From the NCBI GenBank assembly GCA_044226015.1, contig JBGAHS010000001.1, positions 800,001 to 864,000 on the forward strand: DNA of 64,000 nt, read 5' to 3'. Source of the DNA: Candidatus Obscuribacteraceae bacterium. Lineage in GTDB: Bacteria > Cyanobacteriota > Vampirovibrionia > Obscuribacterales > Obscuribacteraceae. The position numbers were made by a program, and so were the translations under genes. Positions 9,253 through 19,163 of this stretch are shown here, piece by piece (positions within the stretch are counted from its first letter, which is position 1; the number at the start of each line of letters is the position of its first letter). The notes beneath the pieces are model-generated. The model was not told where the DNA came from and ran no database searches. It saw nothing but the letters and a program-made list of their open reading frames with translations.

Positions 9253-10638
9253 TTACGCCTTGGAGGATACCGAAGAATTCATTGCCTCCATTTTCTCTAA
9301 GTCTCTGTCTGGATGCTGGAAAAGGAAAACCAGTAGAGCGGAGCCAAAACTAAATGCAGCCAGCAACAAAATTCCAGAATTGAAGTTTCCAGTTGTTTGC
9401 GAGAGCCACCCTGTCAGTGCTGGAGCTGCGATGCCCGCTATTGCAAGATACGAATCCATGAGCCCCAGGCTGGTTGCGGCGCGGTCTTTTGCCAGGTCTG
9501 AGTTTAGAGCGTAGTATGCAGCATTTGGTGATAGCCCAAAGCCCAGTCCTAGCGACATAAACAAAATGACCATCTCCAGCGATCGCATCTGAGTGACAAC
9601 TATGAAGCAAACGGCAGAAAGCATTTGTGTTACCCAGATGATGTGTGTTCTGGATTTACGAATGCTCTTTGTTGTTCTGTATAAGTGATCTGAAACCGCG
9701 CCGGAAATTGCGACGAAGATCGCTGCAGTGAGCCATGGTGCGATGAGATAAATGCCTACTTCCTTTACCTTCATATGATAGGTTTGCTCAAGGAAACCTG
9801 GCAGCCAAATGGTTGCAAAAAACAGCAGATAACCGAAAGCAAAGAAAGAAAAATTGTTGGTCACCAGTGATGGGTTGAACAACAAAAACTTCCAGGTGGT
9901 GGCACCTACCGACAGGCTGTGCTTCCTGATTTCAGCATCGCTTCCATGCACCATTGGTGCCTGTCCGTCGTGAATGAAATCCAGTTCTTGCTGGGAAACA
10001 TGTTTACTATTTTGTGGATAATCTCTAAACATCATCCACCAGAAAACTGACCAGACCACGCCGAACGAGGCGAGTACAACAAACATTGCTCTCCAACCGA
10101 GCGAGACTATCAAATTCGAAATCAGCGGCGCGCCAATTACTGAAGCAAGTGGAACCGCCGCCAGGCATATCGCAGACGAACGTGCTCGTTCTGTTATCGG
10201 CAACCAGTCGGTCACTGCCCGAGTCATGGCTGGAAAACAAGGTCCCTCTGTTATTCCCAGCATTACCCGCAGTGCAATTAGATGACCATAGCCTGTCACT
10301 GCTGCAAGCAGTCCGGTGCAAATTGACCAGGTTAATGCTGCACCTGTCCAACATTTTCTAGCGCCCCAGGCATCTACCATCATGCCGCCACCCAGCGTCA
10401 TCACTGCGTAGCCGATTGCGAATGCAGAGCCAAGCAGTCCGAAATCAGTGTTTGATAAATGGAAAGTTTCTTTCAGTGGTGTCACAGCGTAAGAAATCGC
10501 TGTTCTATCCATGTAGTTGATAACGATAATAATGAAACTTAGTGCCACCACTGTCCATCTGTAGCTGGTCATTCCATTCGGGCGTACTGCTGCTGGTTTC
10601 GGCTCGATTGCCTGCTCTTCAGGCTTAATTGTGTCCAT
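9253..10638 (-). CDS. MFS transporter, anion:cation symporter (ACS) family
   Basis: INYMDRTAIS, LRVMLGITEGPCFP, W-P-ERA motifs, about 12 TM segments; start placed at MDTIKPEE. Confidence 0.9.
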   Translation of the reverse strand: MDTIKPEEQAIEPKPAAVRPNGMTSYRWTVVALSFIIIVINYMDRTAISYAVTPLKETFHLSNTDFGLLGSAFAIGYAVMTLGGGMMVDAWGARKCWTGAALTWSICTGLLAAVTGYGHLIALRVMLGITEGPCFPAMTRAVTDWLPITERARSSAICLAAVPLASVIGAPLISNLIVSLGWRAMFVVLASFGVVWSVFWWMMFRDYPQNSKHVSQQELDFIHDGQAPMVHGSDAEIRKHSLSVGATTWKFLLFNPSLVTNNFSFFAFGYLLFFATIWLPGFLEQTYHMKVKEVGIYLIAPWLTAAIFVAISGAVSDHLYRTTKSIRKSRTHIIWVTQMLSAVCFIVVTQMRSLEMVILFMSLGLGFGLSPNAAYYALNSDLAKDRAATSLGLMDSYLAIAGIAAPALTGWLSQTTGNFNSGILLLAAFSFGSALLVFLFQHPDRDLEKMEAMNSSVSSKA

Positions 10639-10794
10639 CGTAATTAAATGACCTTTTGTCGCGCGAGAATGGCGGCTCTTTACAAGTGCGCCGGCGGCTT
10701 TCGTTGCCCCGCAAGTAATTGTAGAGAAGTTTGGGAGGCACAAAAATGGGGAACTACTAATTTAGAGATAACTACTTTGTCAAGAGATTTGCAT

Positions 10795-10947
10795 ATGGAC
10801 ATCAAGGATCTGAAAAGAGCCGGTTTACTGGTCATGCTCGCTATGCTCATAGGCAGCGCGCCTCAGTGGTTAAATCCTGCAAATCAGCATGCTTCTAACT
10901 ACGATGCCCCCTGGGTCTACCCAGCGTTAGAACCACAAAGTCACTAG
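10795..10947 (+). CDS. Small (50 aa) putative membrane or secreted protein
   Basis: MDIKDLKRAGLLVMLAMLIGSAPQW...: basic N-terminus plus hydrophobic stretch; fills the intergenic gap. Confidence 0.4.
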   Translation: MDIKDLKRAGLLVMLAMLIGSAPQWLNPANQHASNYDAPWVYPALEPQSH

Positions 10948-11012
10948 CAACAGCTTCTAGAATTTGAGTTCGAACATTGTTATCATGCGCTTTCGTCACG
11001 CGGAGAAAGCCC

Positions 11013-12110
11013 ATGGTTGGTTCAACGTCCAGCAGTATCGACCCAATCAATCTATTTGAATTTGAAGAACGTGCGCGCGAAGTTATCGCGAAAATGGCGT
11101 ACGACTATTACTCTTCAGGCGCCAATGACGAAATTACTCTGCGCGAAAATCGCCAGGCTTATGAACGTATTGTCATTTATCCCAGAATGTTGCGCGATGT
11201 AAGTGGACGCAGCATCGTAGGGGCGGCTCTGGGGCAGCAGATTCAAATGCCAATTATGATCGCTCCCATGGCATTCCATAAGTTGGCTCATCCAGATGGA
11301 GAATTGGCAAGCGTAAGAGCTGCATCCAGAGCCGGAACCATTATGGTACTCAGTACGCTTTCGACTTGTTCGATTGAAGAAGTTGCTGCCGAGGCAAATG
11401 GCAATCTCTGGTTTCAGCTCTATGTATACAAAGATAGAGAATTGACTGCTTCGCTTGTTCAGCGGGCAGAAGCTGCTGGCTGTAAGGCTCTGGTTTTCAC
11501 GGTGGACTCGCCGCTTCTTGGGCGGAGAGAACGAGACATCAGGAATGCCTTGCACTTGCCTGAGGGTATTAGCGCTGCCAATCTTTTGTCGGCGGGTGCT
11601 GGCACGGTTCCAGGACGCAGCGGTGAGTCAGGGCTAGCCGCTTACATTCATTCTCTCTACGATCAAAGTCTGAGTTGGAAAGATGTTGAATGGTTGCGAA
11701 GTATAAGCAAGCTACCGGTTCTGGTGAAAGGTATTCTACGAGCTGATGATGCGGAACTTGCTGTGCAGCATGGGGCTTCAGGAGTCATTGTCTCAAATCA
11801 CGGTGGGCGGCAGCTTGATACCGCTCCTGCTACCATTTCGGTTCTGGAAAAAGTTGCTAATGCTGTTGCTGGTCGGGTTGAAGTTTTTGTTGATGGCGGT
11901 ATAAGACGGGGCACCGATGTGCTGAAAGCGATAGCTTTAGGTGCTCAAGGTGTATTTGTGGGGCGCCCTGTTCTGTGGGGACTTGGCTCAGCAGGAGAAG
12001 CTGGAGTGCTATCTGTGCTGAACCTCTTAAAAGAGGAATTTGATCTCGCCATGGCTTTGAGTGGCTGCAAAAGCCTCGATGAAGTAAACGCAAGTTTATT
12101 GTCACCCTGA
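11013..12110 (+). CDS. FMN-dependent alpha-hydroxy-acid oxidase (glycolate/L-lactate oxidase family)
   Basis: SNHGGRQLD, DGGIRRGTDV, WFQLY; GGAG RBS before ATG 11013. Confidence 0.95.
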   Translation: MVGSTSSSIDPINLFEFEERAREVIAKMAYDYYSSGANDEITLRENRQAYERIVIYPRMLRDVSGRSIVGAALGQQIQMPIMIAPMAFHKLAHPDGELASVRAASRAGTIMVLSTLSTCSIEEVAAEANGNLWFQLYVYKDRELTASLVQRAEAAGCKALVFTVDSPLLGRRERDIRNALHLPEGISAANLLSAGAGTVPGRSGESGLAAYIHSLYDQSLSWKDVEWLRSISKLPVLVKGILRADDAELAVQHGASGVIVSNHGGRQLDTAPATISVLEKVANAVAGRVEVFVDGGIRRGTDVLKAIALGAQGVFVGRPVLWGLGSAGEAGVLSVLNLLKEEFDLAMALSGCKSLDEVNASLLSP

Positions 12111-12160
12111 GGGATGCTCAATTCGCTGCTCAAAATTACTCGATGCTGTTGCCCGCTTGC

Positions 12161-13303
12161 CTATGATTTGCTGAAGCTTATGCCAGGATAGTAAGTGCTC
12201 AGTATTTTTTTGTATGTGAACTTGGCTTTGGACATACCGCTGGCGCCCCATTGGCAAAGCCCTACACCATGCCCTGCGCCGCGCGAGCTGATGCTGACTT
12301 CTGGTCCCTTTCTTTTTACTACAAATCTGGTGCCTGGTGCCTTATCCCATCCAAGTTTTTGTCCGAGTCGAAGCCAGTAAGCGTAGGCGCGTTCTTCTCT
12401 GCCATCTTGATAGCGCAAAATCAATGGACGACCAAACGCATCACGTGCCGAGATCTCTGGAATTTCCCTGCCCATTGCCTTGCTGAAAACTGTGTTGGGC
12501 ACATGTGAAACGGTTTCTCTCCAGAAGCTAGATGCTCGGCAAAATTGACAGGGGACGCCTTTGTCATACTCTGCGGGGGGGGCTTTTCCTGTGAAATAGG
12601 CACTGCTAGTGGTGCCACCAGCGCAAGAGGAATGAAAGAACAACGTTGGTACTTTGCCCTTATAACGTATGGTTTCGCCCCAGGTTGATTCAACTGCGGT
12701 TTTAACTGTAGGTCTAACAAAGTCTTTGCCAAGGTACGCCTGTTTTTCGGTACTGTCGTTGAGTTGGTCGCCTAACTTATAGCGCAGCATTGCTGTTTGA
12801 ACAATGACAGATTGTGCTTTCAGCGCTTCAAGTGGAGCCTCCGGAAGCGTTTCGCTGCCTACAACTGATTCTACATAATCTCTCATTGACACAAGGTTGT
12901 AGCACGATAGCTCACCTGCATTTCTTCTTATTATGATTTTTCCATGGTATCGTCTCATGGCATTTTTTGATGCACCCATGGACAGGGAATTGCCTTGTGC
13001 AATCAATGTAATCTTGTCTGCATTTAGCAGCCGTTTGGCTGAGCCTTGCATAGAATTGCAAATGACAAATACGCTTTTGTCTGAAGCTATTGAGTTCAGT
13101 CCTGGTGCAAGCCTTTCCTTTGTTCCGCCAAATTCTAGAAAGCATGGTCCTGCTACAAGAAGCTCTTTGTAGCCATGATGCGAGTAGAAGAGTTCAACGA
13201 GAACTTCCTTCTCTTTTGAATGAGCAGGCAAAGAGCAGCAAAAAAATGTCAATGTGACAGGAAGAATTAGAGCCAGTGGCTTTGATGACAAAACTTGGCG
13301 CAT
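12161..13303 (-). CDS. SpoIID/LytB domain protein
   Basis: YVESVVGSE, EALKAQSV, GHGVGLCQWGA, IL..YYPG. Confidence 0.9.
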   Translation of the reverse strand: MRQVLSSKPLALILPVTLTFFCCSLPAHSKEKEVLVELFYSHHGYKELLVAGPCFLEFGGTKERLAPGLNSIASDKSVFVICNSMQGSAKRLLNADKITLIAQGNSLSMGASKNAMRRYHGKIIIRRNAGELSCYNLVSMRDYVESVVGSETLPEAPLEALKAQSVIVQTAMLRYKLGDQLNDSTEKQAYLGKDFVRPTVKTAVESTWGETIRYKGKVPTLFFHSSCAGGTTSSAYFTGKAPPAEYDKGVPCQFCRASSFWRETVSHVPNTVFSKAMGREIPEISARDAFGRPLILRYQDGREERAYAYWLRLGQKLGWDKAPGTRFVVKRKGPEVSISSRGAGHGVGLCQWGASGMSKAKFTYKKILSTYYPGISFSKS

Positions 13304-13344
13304 GCTCTATACTCAGCTCGCTTAAGCTTTTGCAGGAAAGTGCT

Positions 13345-14184
13345 GTGACGGAACTGTCCTTGAGTATAACACTCCTGCTAACTTCGTTTCTTGTAGGAAT
13401 ATTAGGTGCGATGTCAGGCTTGGGTGGGGGCTCCATTTTGACTCCCATTCTCTTCCTCTTTCTGGGAGTTGATTTGCGTTATGCGATGGGAACGTCGCTC
13501 GTAGCGGCGATTGCGACTTCCTCCGGTGCAGCAGCAGCCTATGTAAGGGAAGGATTTACCAATTTGCGAATTGGAATGTTCCTCGAGGTTGCCACTAGCG
13601 GTGGTGCTATCTTGGGGGCGTTTGCCGCTCCGTTCGTTCCAAAATCCTGGCTTTGTTTCATATTCTCCCTGGTCTTGTTTCAATCTGCCTGGTCAGCTCT
13701 AAGTGCTCGAGCTGAGCGATCTGACGATAATGCAAAGCCTGATGCGCTAGCCGCGAAGTTAAATCTGGATGGACACTATCCTGTTGCGGGAAAAATGGTC
13801 AACTACAAAGTTCATCGCGTCTTGCCCGGGTTCTTTGTCATGTTGCTGGCCGGCGTAAGCTCTGGTCTCTTGGGAATTGGCTCTGGACCCTTGAAGGTGC
13901 TTGCGATGGATCAACTCATGCGTTTGCCTTTTAAAGTTTCCACTACGACTAGTAATTTCATGATTGGAGTAACCGCGGCTGCAAGTGCCGGCGTTTATCT
14001 AAACCGGGGGTATGTCGACCCGGTTCTTTCCGCGCCTGTGATGATAGGCATGGTAGCAGGTTCTATGTTCGGAGCGCGAATCTTGCCGAAAATGAAGACC
14101 GAAAGTTTGCGCAAAATTTTTGCTGTTTTGATCATTCTTATTGGCGTTCAGATGTTATACAAAGGTCTGGGTGGAACCTTATGA
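13345..14184 (+). CDS. TauE/SafE family (TSUP) transporter
   Basis: GLGGGSILTP, GLLGIGSG, TTTSNFMIGVTAAAS. Confidence 0.9.
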   Translation: MTELSLSITLLLTSFLVGILGAMSGLGGGSILTPILFLFLGVDLRYAMGTSLVAAIATSSGAAAAYVREGFTNLRIGMFLEVATSGGAILGAFAAPFVPKSWLCFIFSLVLFQSAWSALSARAERSDDNAKPDALAAKLNLDGHYPVAGKMVNYKVHRVLPGFFVMLLAGVSSGLLGIGSGPLKVLAMDQLMRLPFKVSTTTSNFMIGVTAAASAGVYLNRGYVDPVLSAPVMIGMVAGSMFGARILPKMKTESLRKIFAVLIILIGVQMLYKGLGGTL

Positions 14185-14576
14185 AAAACGAGAAGCTAAC
14201 TGGAAACTCAGGAAATTCTGCCAGCAAATTGAATTTGTATATCTCTACGCTTTTGTTTGCAGGGTTGATTCTGTCTTTAGTTGTGGTGTTTGGCGGCGAA
14301 GTGCTTTCTCTGCTGAAACATGCTTCTGACCCAGTTCACTATCACATTTTTAGTGGTGAGCCGAAGAGCATGGAGAGTATCAGTGCAATAGTAAGAGACA
14401 GCTTGTCGGGAGACGCAAAAGGAATAATGCAATTAGGCGTTATTATTTTGATGGGAACTCCAATAGCTCGGGTGCTGGCGTCTCTCCTGGCTTTTGCCTA
14501 TGAGCGTGACGGGCAATATGTCGCGATAAGTGCGCTAGTGCTAGCCTCGCTTTTTTATTCCTTGTTTTTGTCGTAA
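14181..14576 (+). CDS. DUF1634 membrane protein
   Basis: IMQLGVIILMGTPIARV motif; ATGA overlap with the TauE gene. Confidence 0.85.
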   Translation: MKNEKLTGNSGNSASKLNLYISTLLFAGLILSLVVVFGGEVLSLLKHASDPVHYHIFSGEPKSMESISAIVRDSLSGDAKGIMQLGVIILMGTPIARVLASLLAFAYERDGQYVAISALVLASLFYSLFLS

Positions 14577-14627
14577 GGCGACAACAGGTCGGACCATCAC
14601 ACAAGCGCTGCTGCTATAGTATTAGCC

Positions 14628-16382
14628 GTGAAACAGATGCGATTAGCAAACATCATTTCGTTCGACCCAGCCGAGTCGCATAAAACTGCGATGCTTCGGG
14701 CGGCATTTATTGGCATGGTGGCAGGTATTTCCGGGTTGTCATTGGAGTGGGGTGCTTTTTATCTGAGTCAGTGGCGCTTGTCTGCCTGTAACATTTACCC
14801 AGCGTGGATTGTGCTGCCAGCCGCCGGGCTTATCGGCGGACTGACATCGGGTTATCTAGTTCAACGTTATTCGCCGACCGCCTATGGAAGTGGCATTCCG
14901 CAGGTACGCGCGTATTTACTCGGCGCAAATCAACCACTGGCTTTGCGCCTTGCTGTGGTGAAATTAATTGCGGGCAGCATCGCTCTGGGTTCAGGACTTG
15001 TTCTGGGTCGAGAGGGTCCAACGGTTCACGTGGGCGCTGCGATGGCAGCAGAAGTAAATAAATGGTTCCCTGCAAACAAGATTCATCAAAAACAGCTCGT
15101 TGCAGCCGGGGCTGGGGCTGGACTTGCTGCCGCATTCAATGCACCAATGGCTGGAGTGTTGTTTGTTGCTGAGGAATTGTTGAAGGACGTTTCTAACTCA
15201 ACGATAGGAACTGCCATTCTTGCCTGTTTCGTGGCATCAGCCTTCACACATATTCTTAATGCGCCTCACACGAGCACAGCAGAACAGATTCGAGCGCTCG
15301 ATATGCAATTCAACTGGATAGATTGCGTTTTCTGGGTCGTTCTCGGCATCTTCGCTGGGGGCGCCGGCACATTATTCAATTATGGAGTCTTGTTTTTTCT
15401 AAAACAATATCGACGCTTGCCGAAAATTCCTGTGGCACTGCGAGTTGGTTTTGCAGGACTGATCTCCGGCGCTATACTCGCGGCGATGCCGCGTCCAGAC
15501 CATTTTCGTAGTTATTCGACGTTAACAGACTTGATAATAACCGGTCATACAGACTGGACTACTGCCCTTGCTGCTTTCGTTGCGTTCTTCTTTCTTTCAT
15601 TGCTGGCGTATGGATCTGGAGCCCCTGGTGGGCTTTTCGCTCCATCATTACTTCTGGGAGCTTCTCTTGGCTCACTGGTCTCTTACCTGGAGGGCTGGTT
15701 AGTTGGTTCGAGTTCTGAGCCGACAATGGCGATGATAGGCATGGGTGCGTTTTTTGCAGCTGTGGCTCGAGTGCCTATAACTGCAGTGGTAATTATTTCG
15801 GAGATAACGCATCACTATAATTTAGTGCCACCACTTATGGTAGTAACCGCTGTGGCTAGTTTTGTGGGGTCGAGGATTGAAAAGGGCTCTGTATATGACA
15901 TGTTGCGGGAATATAGCGGTCTTGATGAAGAAGTACGCAAGTTAAGGGAAGTGGAAAAGCAGCCAACTGCTGCAATGTTGATGAAGCCTGTTTTGACCAG
16001 TCTGGCACTAGATAGTTCGCATGATGATTTGCTGCTTGCCGTGAGAAACCTCAAGCTATCTGGTTTACCCATCGTTGAGAATGGAAAGTTTATTGGTTTC
16101 GTAGAAACGACTCTTTTGATGAAGAATGCACACATAGCTCTTCCCTCTGATGTTAATTTGAAAGACCTGTTAGCCTCTGAGAACTTCTCTGTGCTTCCAT
16201 CCACACGCCTGGAAGAAGTGCAGGCAATTTTTGAAAAGTCGCCTTGTAACACCATTGCAGTGATTGAAAACGAGCAGCTAATTGGGTTGATACATCGCGA
16301 AGATCTCGAATATGCTCTTTCTAGCTTGCTAGAGCGTACTGAGATGAACCTTGAGCCGATAGCTCTTCCGCCTGAAAGTTAA
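14628..16382 (+). CDS. clcA: ClC H+/Cl- transporter with C-terminal CBS pair
   Basis: GSGIP, GREGP, AAFNAP and GGLFAP motifs; CBS-like tail. Confidence 0.92.
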   Translation: MKQMRLANIISFDPAESHKTAMLRAAFIGMVAGISGLSLEWGAFYLSQWRLSACNIYPAWIVLPAAGLIGGLTSGYLVQRYSPTAYGSGIPQVRAYLLGANQPLALRLAVVKLIAGSIALGSGLVLGREGPTVHVGAAMAAEVNKWFPANKIHQKQLVAAGAGAGLAAAFNAPMAGVLFVAEELLKDVSNSTIGTAILACFVASAFTHILNAPHTSTAEQIRALDMQFNWIDCVFWVVLGIFAGGAGTLFNYGVLFFLKQYRRLPKIPVALRVGFAGLISGAILAAMPRPDHFRSYSTLTDLIITGHTDWTTALAAFVAFFFLSLLAYGSGAPGGLFAPSLLLGASLGSLVSYLEGWLVGSSSEPTMAMIGMGAFFAAVARVPITAVVIISEITHHYNLVPPLMVVTAVASFVGSRIEKGSVYDMLREYSGLDEEVRKLREVEKQPTAAMLMKPVLTSLALDSSHDDLLLAVRNLKLSGLPIVENGKFIGFVETTLLMKNAHIALPSDVNLKDLLASENFSVLPSTRLEEVQAIFEKSPCNTIAVIENEQLIGLIHREDLEYALSSLLERTEMNLEPIALPPES

Positions 16383-16466
16383 AAGGATGCTAAGCTTTTC
16401 TGTGCTGTTTTGTCGCTTAAAGTAGCCCTCGGATGGGCATAAACAGATGCGTAAGGAGCATCGCCC

Positions 16467-17087
16467 ATGTCACATTTTAAGGATTTTCGGCCCAGTCGTA
16501 GTGCCTCAGAACCCGATTTGTCCGCCACTGTGCCGGATATTTTAGCTCCTGCAATGAGTAACCGTGCAGTTCCATCAGAGTGCACTGAGATATTCCTGTT
16601 TCCTTCTGGACTCCTGAATTTTCCAGGCTCCTGGGAAAAAATTGAGCACGGTGAAGGGTCAATGCTCCTGAAATACGCCGATAATTCTGCTGTGTGTTAT
16701 CGCGAAAAATATGGGCTGACGGCTTTGTTAGAAGTCGGTGGCAAAATTCCTGGTGAACGCGCTTCCATAATGTTGAAGAGGCATGCCGCTGCAGGACCAC
16801 GCATTCTCAAAGATTTTGAAATATCTGCATTGGATGCTTCGCTTAGTGCCTCCAATCCCGCAGTGGCTCAAGAACCGCTTACGGGTAGCTTCGAGGAGTT
16901 GAGCGGCAGGCTCATTCTTGTGTTGCAGCGTGAATTGAGCCAAATTCGAATGATAGAAGCCCAAATCGTTTACCCGCTGGAGAACGGAGATGACTTCGCG
17001 CAGTTTCGATTGCGTGCGGTTAAACCCGAGTTTCCCTTTTATTTCGATTTGCTGCGCTCTGCCCTAAGAACTATTGTTTGGTCCTAG
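16467..17087 (+). CDS. Hypothetical protein
   Basis: 206-aa ORF with AAGGAG RBS. Confidence 0.65.
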   Translation: MSHFKDFRPSRSASEPDLSATVPDILAPAMSNRAVPSECTEIFLFPSGLLNFPGSWEKIEHGEGSMLLKYADNSAVCYREKYGLTALLEVGGKIPGERASIMLKRHAAAGPRILKDFEISALDASLSASNPAVAQEPLTGSFEELSGRLILVLQRELSQIRMIEAQIVYPLENGDDFAQFRLRAVKPEFPFYFDLLRSALRTIVWS

Positions 17088-17283
17088 CTTGAGCTAAGCT
17101 TACTCGTTGCTTGAATGAGGTTTCGTTAGTAGGTGATATTGTGGTATCAAATCTGGTGCAAATCGCCTTCTTGCAGAGTATGAGTATTTTTTCCAGTGAA
17201 CTTGGAGTCGAGCAAAGCATAGTGATCGACAACAACCCACTTATAATGTAATTTGTTCTTGTAACTGCTTGTCATCGGGCGCC

Positions 17284-17412
17284 TTGGAAACAACTTCTAT
17301 TGATTTTATTTGGGAACTCGCCGTGGTGCTACTAGCCACGGGACTTCTCCTCTGGTTTATTCTGGTTTTTGTTCCGCAACACATTGAAGAAATTCGGCGC
17401 CCAAAAGACTAG
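17284..17412 (+). CDS. Small (42 aa) single-pass membrane protein, not in the ORF track
   Basis: TTG...TAG gives METTSIDFIWELAVVLLATGLLLWFILVFVPQHIEEIRRPKD: one clean TM helix followed by a charged tail. Confidence 0.5.
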   Translation: METTSIDFIWELAVVLLATGLLLWFILVFVPQHIEEIRRPKD

Positions 17413-17489
17413 CTTTGCTGCTCGTGTTAATGCTAAGTCTGTCTGATCGAGTATGATCTCCCTCACTAATCCTATTGCAGGGGGTTTTC

Positions 17490-18692
17490 ATGAGCATCGC
17501 GCCAGAGCTAAAAAAGATTGTTTCAACCAAAGCAAGCACTTTTACTGAATCTGTTATTCGAGAAATGTCTAGAATGGCAGCAAAGTATCAATCAGTGAAT
17601 CTGGCTCAGGGCATGCCTGACTTTCCCAGCCCGCCTGAGCTGAAGGAAGCTGCTTGCCGGGCGATAAATGACGACATTAATCAATACGCAATAACCTGGG
17701 GCGATAAGCCTTTTCGCGACGCTATCAGCGCAAAGAACAAAAACTACATTGGTGTTGAATACGAACCTGAGACTGAGATTACAGTCACGTGTGGCGCAAC
17801 CGAAGGCATGATCGCGACGATGCTTGCGCTGGTCGACCCTGATGACGAAGTTATTGCATTTGAACCTTATTACGAAAACTATGGTCCAGACGCAATTCTT
17901 GCTGGTGCGAAACCGCGTTATGTTTCATTGCACCCACCACACTGGTCATTCGATGAAGCCGAGTTGGAGAGCGCATTCAATGCCAAAACAAGGGCGATTG
18001 TTTTGAATACTCCACATAATCCTACGGGCAAAGTTTTCTCTCGCCAGGAACTTGAAGTGATTGCGCGTCTTTGCCAGAAATGGGGAGTTTATTGTTTTAC
18101 AGATGAACCATACGAACATATTCTTTATGATGGCGCGAAGCACGTGGCAATGGCGTCATTGCCTGGAATGAAGGATTTGACCGTTACTGTCAATTCTCTT
18201 TCGAAAACCTATAGTGTCACAGGATGGCGCCTTGGAACTGTCTGCGCCGCAGAAAAGGTCAGCACTGCTATTAGAAAAGTACACGACTTTCTGACTGTTG
18301 GTGCTGCAGCACCGCTACAAAGGGCAGGAGCTTTCGCGATGAGTCTTCCCGAAAGCTATTATGTGGACTTAGCCACTGCTTACCAGAAGCGTCGTGATAC
18401 CATGCTTGAGATTCTCGACGAAGTTGGAATTCCTTATTTCAAGCCATCAGGCGCTTATTACACCTACTGTGATATTTCCAAATTTGCTTTTGAAAACGAT
18501 GTTAAGTTCACCGAGTTCTTAGTGAAACAGGTCGGTGTTGCTGTTGTTCCAGGTTCCAGCTTTTTCAGACCAGGCGACCGTGGCAAGAATTATATTCGTT
18601 TCTGTTTTGCGAAAAAGCCGGAAACACTAGCTCTGGCAAAAGAAAAGTTGCTCATGCTGCCAGAAAAGCTAGAGGCTTTCAGAAAGGGCTAA
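17490..18692 (+). CDS. Class I/II PLP-dependent aminotransferase
   Basis: NLAQGMPD, NTPHNPTG, DEPY, SLSKTYSVTGWRLG. Confidence 0.95.
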   Translation: MSIAPELKKIVSTKASTFTESVIREMSRMAAKYQSVNLAQGMPDFPSPPELKEAACRAINDDINQYAITWGDKPFRDAISAKNKNYIGVEYEPETEITVTCGATEGMIATMLALVDPDDEVIAFEPYYENYGPDAILAGAKPRYVSLHPPHWSFDEAELESAFNAKTRAIVLNTPHNPTGKVFSRQELEVIARLCQKWGVYCFTDEPYEHILYDGAKHVAMASLPGMKDLTVTVNSLSKTYSVTGWRLGTVCAAEKVSTAIRKVHDFLTVGAAAPLQRAGAFAMSLPESYYVDLATAYQKRRDTMLEILDEVGIPYFKPSGAYYTYCDISKFAFENDVKFTEFLVKQVGVAVVPGSSFFRPGDRGKNYIRFCFAKKPETLALAKEKLLMLPEKLEAFRKG

Positions 18693-18763
18693 GTATTGGT
18701 GAGCTGCTGGATAGTATAATTACTTAAGCAGTTACCTGAACGTTTTTCGTGGGGTGCATTTGC

Positions 18764-19129
18764 ATGTACATTTGTCCGGCGTGTTCTGCTGAAAATCGCG
18801 AGAATGCAAATTTTTGTCGCCAGTGTGGTGAACGGCGCAGCGCTACAAACCCTCTGAATGAAGAGGACAGTCGAGACCGTTGTCCTTGCTGCTCGAGGCG
18901 CGTTCGGCACGCTGACCGATATTGCATGAGTTGCGGTGAGAAATTGCAAGTTAAGCCTGCTCCGCCAAGTAAGATGTGTCTGACTTGCAAGGTTGTATTG
19001 CCTGATAAGGCTACTTTTTGCACCGCCTGCGGCGAGTATGTCGCTGAGAAATCGACCAGGAAAGTGCAAATTCCAGCCGAATTGTTTGGTGATGATAATC
19101 CCGATTTCAGCCCACGCTACGAAGCATAG
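18764..19129 (+). CDS. Multi zinc-ribbon (DZR) protein
   Basis: Six CxxC motifs (CPAC, CRQC, CPCC, CMSC, CLTC, CTAC). Confidence 0.85.
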   Translation: MYICPACSAENRENANFCRQCGERRSATNPLNEEDSRDRCPCCSRRVRHADRYCMSCGEKLQVKPAPPSKMCLTCKVVLPDKATFCTACGEYVAEKSTRKVQIPAELFGDDNPDFSPRYEA

Positions 19130-19163
19130 AGCATAGCAATTAGATTCTTGTGGAGGTCTTCGT

